This document shows, in pieces, positions 53,360-64,000 of a stretch of 64,000 nt of DNA. Made by a program: the position numbers and the translations under genes. Below the pieces are notes generated by a model. The model had not been told where the DNA came from, ran no database searches, and saw only the letters and a list, made by a program, of their open reading frames with translations. Positions within the stretch are counted from its first letter, which is position 1. The number at the start of each line of letters is the position of its first letter. This DNA comes from Phoronis australis (lineage: Eukaryota > Animalia > Phoronida), in contig NMRA01000222.1 in assembly GCA_002633005.1 (NCBI GenBank), forward strand, positions 594,988-658,987. The letters are read 5' to 3'.

Positions 53360-56300
53360 GCTTCATAACTTAAGATTAAGAGCACTAAGTTTTCTTCAGG
53401 GGTAAACTAAAGTTTTCACAAATAAACTTAAGTTTCAAGAAATAACTTAATATTTTAGTACTAACAAAACTTAATTTTTTTGTGATAACTGAAGTGTATC
53501 ACACTGAAAATTAAGAAATTTTCGAATCATAAGAACTTAAGTTTTCCTGACTTCTTAAGTTTTTCGCAAAATTTAAGTTTTTCCAATTATAGAAACTTAA
53601 GTTTTCCTAATTTCTTGAGTTTATTTTTCAGAAAACTTAAGTTTTTCATGTATGGGAAACTTAAGTTTTTTGAAAACTATAAGATTTTATATGATCAAAA
53701 TTTACGTTTCGTAAAGTTTTGAAAATTTGAATATGGTGAGATATTTGATTTTTATTGTTTGAAGTTTCCCAGTTTTTCCAACAAAAAAATATTGCTTGCT
53801 TATGCAAAACCATTTATTCCTTAACACTTACTCTATATCTGTACAAACCATAAAACAACGAACGTGTAATCAGTTCACAGATTTAATGGCTATCATTGTC
53901 GCATGTCTTCTTGAATTTAAATGTAGATGAATACCGGTGACCAACCGTGAGACACGTATCAGATCAGTATATTGTCCTCTATAGAATTTACATAATTTTT
54001 AACAAAACTTCGTTTTCGTGCAAGTTTCCTTAGTGTTGAGTTGTATTTGTAAGGCAGTTTCCACCTGAACTCAACTGTTTGAATTTTATAACAGACGGTC
54101 ACCTTCAAAGAAAACGATAATTGTCGGCAAGCCCACGACAAGTTAAGGCGAAGGCAACCCTTTTTAATGTCATTTAAGCAAAAGTAAGGTTCGTTGATTA
54201 TTCCAGACATATTTTTCATTAAATTACAGCTTACTGTAACGTAAACAATTACTCTTCCTTTACTCCGGAACTGACGTTTTGGGAGGTAAGTATTTCGCGC
54301 CAATTTCTTTTCATATAGTCTGATTGTGAGAGCTGCTGAGTCTGTCATTGTTCTACCTCTGTTGTGATTAGTTTGGTTGTCGTTGGCTTTTGTTTACGAG
54401 TCAGTCAACGTGCAACACTGTTGCTGCGTACTGAGATGTACTCATTATCGTCTCACGGACAGAGGAACAATTCTCCCACTTGCCCGAGTTTTCTTCGACA
54501 CACTCCCACTGAATGTGACCTGAGTACATCAACTGTTTACATTCCGCTGTGTGACTCCCTCGGCACACACCTCATGGGTGAACCCAGCCTTTAATATTGG
54601 TGGCTCGAATTTCTTGCGATGTGGACCTTTTATTGACAAAAAAGCGGCAGCACTATACAAAGAAAAAACGAGGTACCACCTTCAGAACTGTGACCTGTGC
54701 GTCTGTGCCTTTTAGAGGACTTATGTCTCGTTTTTTAGGACTTTTTGTTTCTCTGAGGCAGACCTTTTTGCCCACTTCGCCAAATGGAGGGCTCGTTTGA
54801 GGCCCCCGAGACCCCTCGTAGATGCGCGCGTGCACTTGACACCTTCTAAATAGCTCAATAAACTTATCAGAGTTTGACTCACCGATCTACAGTTGTATTT
54901 ATTGGCGGACAAACTGTCCTCTTCACTGGGTGTAGAACAGGGCCTGTATTTACTCACTCTCCTCAACATCGCAACAGGGCTGCTTCCAGGCTCTGGGCGC
55001 TAATGAGTACATCCCGGTGCGTAGCAACAATGTTACATGTTGACTGACTCGTAAACAAAAGCAAACAACGACCGAACTTGTCTCATCCGACTGACTCGAC
55101 AGCTCTCACAGTCACACTATATGAAAAGAAATTGGCGCGAAATTCTTGCCTCCCAAAACGTCACTTCCGGAGTAAAGGACGAATAATTAAGTATATTACG
55201 AAAATCTGTAGTTAAGTGAAAAATATGTCTGGGATAATCAAAGAATTTAATTTTTGCTAAAATGACATGAAAATGGTTGCCTTTCCCGTTAAGTTTATAT
55301 GACTACATGCAGAGCTTACAAGAAGACATTTCAGGAGTTGTGGAAGTCAGTGTAGTGCTAGTAAATAGAACGGTCTAAAATTGATTGGCCACCATCGGGG
55401 CTGTGATTGATATCCAACGTGTAAACTTCAGTTGTTATTGTCAGCTACTCACGCTGTCACATACCGATATGGACTGTAATCCTTGTGGGTTATCTAAGCT
55501 TATTATTCTATCGTGTAATATACTGCCAACGTGTAGAAAATGCCTGTGGTCCATGAGAAAGTCATAAGATTCACATAACGCGAAAAGGCCTACTCTGTTT
55601 TATTTTTGTGGTCTTTAAGGTTGTTTCAGTGAGCATCAATGCAAGAGGTGACTCCCAAAATGTAATAATTCTGCAAGTTGGGTATAATGGCGTTGGTTGT
55701 GTGTGCTTATGTCTCTGTATTTGTGGTAATTCTTGGTAGCTCTCGATTTTGAAATCTTATTTCGTTAACTATTTGCAAGTTTTATTTGCCTGGTTCTCAA
55801 AATTAGGAATCCTCAATGCATATTATTACATTGATCTGGATAAGTTTTTCGTCATTTAGTTTTGACTGCCTACTTTGACAGATTGCTCAGGTTTGTCAGG
55901 AGGTTATGGATCATTGAATACGAAATGACATCCCACCACTAGTACCCTAAATGAAATATACCCCCAGAATACATGTAGGTCACAATGTAGCCAAGTGAAC
56001 TCTCACTAGTCAGCATGTTTAATATTTTTGCGCACTGTAAAACTTGCATAACTCCGATCTAATTGAACTAAATTATTTAACGCAAATAAAGAATTTCTGC
56101 CTAATCTGACTTAGGGGCTGAGTACGATTTCGAATTTTTACTGGGCAGTGAAATACTAGAATATCGCAAAAGCTTGCGATATCAATACTTAAGAAATTCA
56201 GATTCATTGCAAGTTCGACTGGTTTAAAAAAATCAAATCTGTCAGTGTCATGATGAAAGTAGTAATTGATTTAGGTTGAATATGGACCGGCTGGAATGGT

Positions 56301-59300
56301 CTTTTCATATCAGGAGGAGCATTTCATTTTTCTCGCAAAAAACTTGCTTGGAACCTCAGTCTAATATCTTTGCAAGTGTCAGCCGGTAATAAAAGTGCTT
56401 GGCTGGAGTGCAGGAGATAACAATTTTTATTTTTACTGTCCGCGACCAGAGAAGAATTGTATTTTACTGTAAGCCATTATGGTTATGTAAGACCCCTCAT
56501 GAAGACCATGCCAGTATTTTCAGTGGCGGATTTAAAGGGGGAACATGGCCACCTTGAAAAGCTCCAAGATTCTCTTTGGCAGTTGGGGGTTACGAATGAC
56601 TGATGGGCAAAATCCTAGCTAATACTCTGTCCTGCCCCCCTGATTTTTACATGGATAACTTTCCCTGTAAATGGGTTAAGTCTGGATTCTTCAGAAGCTA
56701 TAACATACTGTTATGTTTGTTAATATCTCCTCATTGTTTTAGGTCCCTTTTAACTTGGTGGAGTACTTGGAAGAACTAAACATCCAAACACGCACATCAA
56801 AACAATCGCTATAGTGGTAGTATTGCGCTGTCTACACCAACATGGCAGGTAGAGCTTCATGTGTTTCATTGTTTAGTTAAAATTGGTGCCGCTATAAGGA
56901 TTTGAATTTGAAACAAAAGGAAAAATGTCCTTGGTTTATCCAATGCGCTTATAACCTTTAAAAAGCTCACATATTCTTGTAGCCATTTGTTCAATCCAAT
57001 GCAAAGCTTCTTGGTTTTACTATAAGTTTCAAAATGTATACGCGAAAGTATACATGTGAGATTAAACTTTCAGTTCTAACCCTGGTTGTGCCGGCTAAAT
57101 GTCCATGAAACATTAGTAAGAAGTTCTATGCTGGCTGGAGACAGCTAGTTAGAATACAACTAGCTCTGCTCATTATGTAGAGTTGTGCATTTTCTTATCA
57201 GATTAACGAATTGAACAATGACAAGTTCAAAAAAATAATGGGAATTGTAGTTATTGCAGTTGCCAACAGTGTCATCATTTGATAAAAATATTAATTAATT
57301 TGTCATAGAACTTGAACTAGAAAGTTACAGAACACGATACCTGGTTAGCCTGAAGTCCAATTTTTATTAACAGGATAAGTTTTGTCATATGCACGATTTG
57401 TTCTAGATTGTAATAGCATGATAGTTGACCATGTGCATGTTTTGTATTCAAGTTGTATAGAATAAAATTGTTTTGAATGTCGCGAATCCAGGATTAAAAC
57501 TTCATTCAAAACAGTATGTGGAAAACTGACCCACTGCAGTGCATGCTTGAAATAAACTTGCAGACTAGTCTTGCACTTGAATTCCGGAGAGTGATTGGTT
57601 TTGCTTTAAGTTTCAAAAAGTACAGGCGGAAGTATACATGTGAGTCTGTGAGATTAAACTGTCAGTTCTAACCCTGGTTGTGCCTGTTGAATTTCCATCT
57701 AACAGTATTAAGCAGACATTTCAGGGCTATGCTCGAAACTGCTCATTGGTTTAGAGTTGTGCATTGCCTTATCAGACTAGCCACATAAACAAAGAAAAAT
57801 TCATAAAATAATGAGAGTGGTAATTTATCACAGTTGTAAGCAGTTCCAACATCAGATCATTATATTCCTTAGATTGCCGTAGAACTTGACATAAAAAAAT
57901 ACAAACTACGTTACCTGGTTAGCCTGAAGTCCAACTTTTATTAACACATTAAAGTTTGTTTTGTGTATGGTTTGCTCTAGATTGGGATTTTATGGTAGGT
58001 TACCATGTGCATATTTTGTATTCAAGCTGAGTAGAATAGATTTGTTTTAGTGTCTTAATAGTGGATCCAGGATGAAAACTCCATTCAAAGTAATTTGAAA
58101 ACTGACCCGGACACTGCAGTGGTTGCTTTGAGTAAACTTGCACACTGGAGAGTGATTGGTTAAGTTTTGAATTTGAAGACTATTTTCTAGCCTCTGTATA
58201 TAAGTCAGAAAGTGCATGCGAGTTTTATAAATCAGTGTTGTATTAACAGCATAATAAATATCCAGAAAGTTTCCTGTCTTAAACTTACCCGTCTGTTATT
58301 AAATGTTGGTGTCTTTATTGTAGAGCGTGCCTTTAACAATCATTGAATAAGGACGGCTACTCAGACAACACAATGCTCGCATATATGAATTGTACCTCCT
58401 GAACCAATAAGTTAAGTTATCTGATCTCAAAAATGCGCATTTGTAGTCACAAAACATGCCATGGATTTGTCTACGAAGCTAAGCGAGCAGATGCTGCTAA
58501 ACAAGAGGTTCATAGCTTTAAATTAAGGCAAAAGGAATAACTTTGTAATCAAATGTCGAAGTTTTCTTATTTCTACCTCGCTTAACCAGATTGTACATAC
58601 ACGTAGGGTAACTTTTTGTGAAACTTGTTCGCCCATGGATAGTGTTGGATTTAATGTTACTACGATTGTTAACAAAATTTAAACTTCAAATTTTAAGCTG
58701 ATGTTTTCAATGGTTGAAAAGAATGATTTGTTATTCCTGGTGTCATTGCTGTAAATTTAGTAGAAAAAGTCTGCTTATGAAGCATAGACTGTTGTTGTAG
58801 TCCTTCCTAAGGCTGGCAATATGATAATTTTTTCTTTGGTTGTGTCTCATGATTTGGTTGTGATCTCTGTTTGTACATTCCATTTGTATTCCTCAATTCT
58901 TACATAATGCCATCGTCTGAAAACGATGTATGTAGGAATATATTATTAGCCTGATTTAGTTTTCACTGCCTGGTATTTATGACACTTGATGAACTGATTT
59001 TAGAAATGATTTTGGTTTTTGAGGCTCCTGTATTTCACACATAAGGAACTAGCCTATTTTGAGGAAGAGCATTTTCTGTAATTAATCACTGTGAAAACAT
59101 TAAATGTGTACTCCACTTTGGTTTACTATAGTGAAAATCGAATTTTCTGAATGCCTGTTATGTTCAAGCTTATAGTTCCTTGAAAACTTAAAGTTATCAA
59201 AAAACTTAAAGTTTTGATAACTAATGTTTGTTCCTAAAAAGTTGTACCAAAAGACTTAGATTTTTCAAAAACGTAATTTTCTGAACCTTACATGTAGGTT

Positions 59301-59517
59301 TTGAATAAGTTAAGTTTCTGAAACTTAAGTTTTTGAAAAACTTAAGTATTTTGGAACAAGTTTTTCGAACAAACTTAAGTCTTCAAAACTTCTGTTTTCA
59401 GAACTAAAGTTTTTAGAACTCAAGTCTTTCAAAAACTTAAGTTACGAAAACTTAAGTTTGTTACAAAAGCTTGTTCCAAAATACTTAATTGATGAAAACT
59501 TAAGTTTTTTGTAAGGG
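53360..59517 (+). mobile_element. Large non-autonomous DNA element, copy 2, with aacttaagtt subterminal arrays
   Basis: Palindromic aacttaagtt arrays at about 53365-53720 and 59180-59510; ends aacttaagttttttgtaaggg; internal tandem duplication of about 57010-57600 at 57600-58160. Confidence 0.7.
54147..55288. mobile_element. Long-TIR MITE with TTAA target duplication (Kolobok-like)
   Basis: ~280-bp imperfect inverted repeats; TTAA at 54143-54146 and 55289-55292; absent from the paralogous site near 34875. Confidence 0.85.
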
Positions 59518-60279
59518 ATATGTCACAGAGGGGATGAGGTAACTCCAACTCCGTGAATTCGTTCTTAACGGTTGTATACATGCAGAAGCACAGCTATACC
59601 TCGGGATCAAAACAACAACGGTCCGTCTACATGTTCATGTTTCGAAGTATATTTTAGTTTCTATGACTCAATTTTATGGCGACTTGTGAAGTAAAACTAC
59701 CTGGGATTCAAAGAGAACTGCTCTACCTGGCGGGACATTCGATTTGAGTAACAACCTTCGGATAAGCAGTTAGCGAATTTCTGCGCTTTAGAGAGTTATT
59801 CTGGTCAATTTTTCAAAGCTACATGGTATATTTTTCGTATTTGAAGTTGATGTATTTTGCTAGACATAGGTGAACTATGGCAGTAAAGGCCATTTTTGTG
59901 AATAAGGTTTGAGATATTCTTAATGAGATTTATGGCACTCTGACATAAATCCTATTATTTGGGCAAATACCATTATAGAGCCCTTCATGCTTCATATCCA
60001 ACTGCTGGTTAGTTCCTACCAAGTCCGATGGTTGCGCTGTTTGTTCTTTCTCTCCTGCTTCCTGTTGGCCCACCCTCAAGCAACAGTACATTCACTCGTA
60101 AGTTTTCCTAATTAGACAAGTTTATAACTAGTAGACTCCTTCCCGTTCGTCGTTAATTGTCCTGGACAAACGATACTTCCCTTATTTATTATTTGTAGCC
60201 ACAGATGGCTTTTCTAACGGCCGATTTCTTTAGATTTTAATGATCCCTCAAACCCAAACCAATTCCTCGCCATTTCACC

Positions 60280-60420
60280 ACTTCCCTGGGTATAAGTGGG
60301 ATATCGTGTGACAATCGCCGTCTGCTTTGGGGATGAGACCCGGCGGCGAGGTATAAAGGTTATCAACGGGGCTGGTAGGACAGGGGCTAGTCAACGCGTA
60401 GCCCCTCGGTTGGCCGGTTG
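60280..60420 (-). pseudogene. Short DIRS/Ngaro RT N-terminal remnant
   Basis: SPVDNLYTSPPGLIPKADGDCHTISHL matches PP..NL..SP.GLVPK..G..R.I.HLS. Confidence 0.6.
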
Positions 60421-61589
60421 GGGGCTAGAATACTTCTCATCGCTTTCTGTACCATTTCGTCTGGCCAAATCCGGCCACTGATTTTGAGTTTAACCTCGTC
60501 AAAAATACATTCCACACTTAAAACTATCACTTAAAAAGCGGTTCATTTCTTCATGGATCCATTTATTTTACTTCTATACATATCTTCGATGAAGCTTAGT
60601 TATGAGATTGGGGTGATTTTGCCGAAGAATTTCAACTCCACTTTTTTGGTTCCCGTTGACTTTTTCACCGCGCGCGCCATAACCGAAAGTATGTCCACTG
60701 AGTCACGCGCGTTAGGCAAAGGCTAGCGCGTGACAGAGGGAAGCGCGTGACGATAGTGCGTGACACTAGCTATTTTAAGCCTTGAACAAGGAGTGAAGCA
60801 CAGTTGGGGTCTGGATACCCATGTAGAACGAGCTTGAATGCCAGCGGTTTGACAAGTGTGTGACCTCGGCTCCAGACGTACTTATGGTTTGGGTACATGG
60901 CGGATACTGGAATTACATAACACTAGAGTTGGTACTATTCCAACAGGACTGGAGGTATTATGGATGTAAACAGATGGGATTTACAAAGGTTAAGACCTAG
61001 ATGGGAATCTATCCCATATCGCCCTGAAGCCTGGTGCGGTAAAGCTCATATAGCGCGCAACCACTTTGGTGGGTAAAATAATAGTAGGGTAAAATAATAG
61101 TAATAAAATTTAGGTACTAAGTAAAACAAAACAATAATAAAAAGTAATAATAATAAAAAAGTAATAATAATAAAAAATAACAAAAATAATAATAAAAAAG
61201 TCAAAAATAATTATAATAATAATAAATTATAATAAAAAAATACCTTTGGATGTCACTGTTGACATTTTATTCGACTTTCCATGAAAGATAGGAGATACTG
61301 TACTCACCCTTGGATATGTTGTTTGTTAGGCCTTTTCAAGTACTTCGTCACCGGCCCTAACCCTACCATGTTTATCTACGCTTTTGATCGCCATACTTCC
61401 TTATAACAACACTTAAAAAATCAAAAAAAAAATAAAAAAACAAAAAAATAAAAAAAATAAAAATAAAAAAACAACATATAATACAACTAATAAACAAACT
61501 AAAACGTACACTAAAACTTTCCTATAAATTAAATAAATAATAATTGAAAAATAAATTAATAAAATAAAAAATAATAACAACAAAATGTG

Positions 61590-62900
61590 TTAAACATTTT
61601 AAAACACTCGTGTCAATTGCTATCACATAATACTTCACATTTCGTTCTCTCGGCATAATTTACACCTATTCCAACAGCGCTTAAGGTACGGTAATGCGTC
61701 AACTTTTCTTTTCGTCTAGCACCGTGGTCGGGTATTTCCCACCAAGACGATTTTCGAATAGTCGGCTACTGTAGTGGCAGATAGGCGGACGTTATGATCG
61801 ATGAGATCATGTCTCACATGCCTGCTAAGTAGTCCACTGCCCAGGTGCGTATAGCTTAGTCATACGAAATCTGCGCTCGAGTGCCTCCAGAGCGAGGGCA
61901 TGACCGGCTCTACCTGTTTCCTTTAATTTTACGATTTTCGTATATACTAGTTCATTTCGGTGTAATTAGGTCTAAGCCAGTCACTCTAACAGTTGTCCTT
62001 ATCCGCGGAAGTAGGGTCGTTTTCATCTGCAACCCAGGATCCACTACACCCGGGCTATTAGTAGGCCTAAACAGTATCCATGTCACTGCGCCAAGTTTTT
62101 GAAAACGCGTCACTCACACTAGTGGGTTACATCTGCCCGTTTAGGCGTATAAATCATATCAAATTACCGGTAATGTCTGACATATTTTAACACAAGATTT
62201 TTAATTTACGATTTCAAAATCTTGTAACCTTTCATTTTGTTAACCTATATTGCACGCAAATGCGCCTAACCTACTTCCTAAAATTTTGTCACCAAACCAC
62301 ACTGGGATCACACTAGCCCAAATTCAGTTGCAGCGTTCATTGACCCAGATTTCATGGTAATGGGCCAGCCTGTGGTTTCACTCTTATGTAATTACATAAT
62401 AACCTGTTGCATAGTGCTGATGACCTCGTGCCACCAATGGAACTTTCTAGACTAAATTTTCATGATACCAGAACCCTAGGCTTAATTGCATTTCCTAACT
62501 AGTTGTGACCATCTTTTCCTGACATCGACACCACAAATGATAGTTGTCCTTTTGCTTAGCTCTAGGATATTGGTTGAACACAATGATAGGGTGCTAGGCC
62601 TTTACTGCCAATCATATTTTGTAGACCAAGTTGCTTCCTGATTTGTGTACTTGATGTTGTCGATTTTATACGACTCGGGGTATCATTATTCCTGAGAGCC
62701 TGTTGCTCTCTCCTCTCTCGTATAGTTGTGTTCTGCAGGATTTTTATAAATATTTTAATTTTCTTAGACATATAGTAGACATGCAAGTTTCCGTATGAAG
62801 GTCTGTCTGTGGCCGATAGCTTGATACATGGTTTTAATTAATGATTTTTATCAATCGGTCAGTTTTCATCTTTAAAGCAAATAAATAGGACTGTTTGAAT
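61590..62900 (-). pseudogene. Possible highly degraded non-LTR retroelement pieces
   Basis: Weak APE-like and C-terminal (WILG..., KLTHYRTL) motifs in shifting frames; no RT core recognised. Confidence 0.25.
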
Positions 62901-62989
62901 AATGATTTTAAATCTGTTCATAATATATGAAATGACATATCCCATGCTGATGGTCTTTTACCTTTCCTGCACCATTACTTCTTTTCTAA

Positions 62990-63390
62990 CTTATATAAAA
63001 ATAAAAAAAATAAAAAAAAATAAAAACAAATCAAACTATTTAAAAAAAAAAAAAATAAATAACAAATATAAAAACAAAATAAAAATTTATATTTAAAAAA
63101 GAAAAATAATATTAAAAAAATAAATAAAATATTTAAAAATTTACATAAAATATTTTAAAAACACACAAATGAAAATATCAGAAATAAAAAATTAAAAACA
63201 AATCAAACTATTTAAAAAATAACAAATATAAAAATTAAATAAAAAATATATATTTAAAAAGTTAAATAATATTAAAAAAATAAATAAATAAATAAATAAT
63301 TCTAAAATTTACATAAAATATTAAAAAAAGAATACAAATCAAAATATAAAAAAATAAATAAATAAATAAATAAAAATGTTTTATAAAAAG
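62990..63390 (+). repeat. A-rich low-complexity tract containing two ~170-bp diverged tandem units; similar tracts at 61070-61240 and 61415-61585
   Basis: aaaacaaatcaaactatttaaaaaa and aatttacataaaatatt each occur twice; almost no G on the plus strand. Confidence 0.8.
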
Positions 63391-63589
63391 AAATCTACAA
63401 TCTTTCTGTTCTCAGTACAATTTTCCAGCGAGTTTCCCTAACAAAATAGAGCAACACTTTCAAACAGCATAGTAACAGATAGTCAAAATCACTGTATCGA
63501 CAAGAACATCAAGCTACATGCTATATGTTTAATGTCAACAGTAGTTTTCTGTTAGTTTTTAATACGTTTCAATACCGTCACTGCTACTC

Positions 63590-63880
63590 CAGCTTGATTC
63601 GGGCTCGCTTGTTTCGTCATAGCCCATTTCCTTTATCTCTTGATCGGCTTGGTTTTCTTGTAAAAGACCAACACCTTCAAAAAGGACATCAGGAACGGCA
63701 GATCACAAAACCATTTGGGAGTGTAGTATCCATCTTGTGCCTTCCAACCGTAGGTAAGAGGATCCAAACCGTTTCCAGGATCGGCCGAATCCACTTGGCC
63801 TCAGAGAAAGGTTTGAACTTTTTCAATAGTGTCTTTCGGCAAGGAGGAAAAATGCGCAGTCTATCTTCTTGATGTTGGAC
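63590..63880 (-). pseudogene. C-terminal fragment of a DNA-transposon protein (Academ-like)
   Basis: PPCRKTL.KK followed by GLDPLTYGWKAQDGYYTPKWF, the LPP...P...GW...P.W motif; frameshifted. Confidence 0.55.
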
Positions 63881-64000
63881 ATCGGAGAAAATTTTATTGA
63901 CGAGGAACCAATTGTCTTAAAGCAGACGAACAAAAACATAAAACCCATGCGCGCACCCAGCCTCTAGTTTTGGGGGGCTCGAATTTCTGACCAAGTGGAC

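Overview
Eukaryotic, AT-rich, repeat-dense animal (probably marine invertebrate) genomic DNA. The only host gene I can support is an intron-containing iterative type I polyketide synthase on the minus strand. Its visible exons are 45508-45685 and 29098-34409, giving KS(C-terminal half)-AT-DH-structural KR-dead ER-KR-ACP with no thioesterase. This architecture resembles the metazoan PKS group of budgerigar MuPKS and fish otolith pks1, so a polyene product is predicted. The exons carrying the N-terminal KS half were not found in the window. Everything else recognisable is nested transposon debris: a LOA/Lian-like LINE (9-bp TSD, oligo-T tail) split by a Mag-type Ty3/Gypsy element, a second LOA-like fragment, KolobokP-like remnants (P2X7-tail-like gene, THAP), DIRS/Ngaro fragments, Helentron-type HINEs, two copies of a large non-autonomous CCC-ended DNA element and several MITEs. 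Single Ns at 17570 and 49470 probably mark contig joins. All identifications are by eye from motifs; no searches were run.
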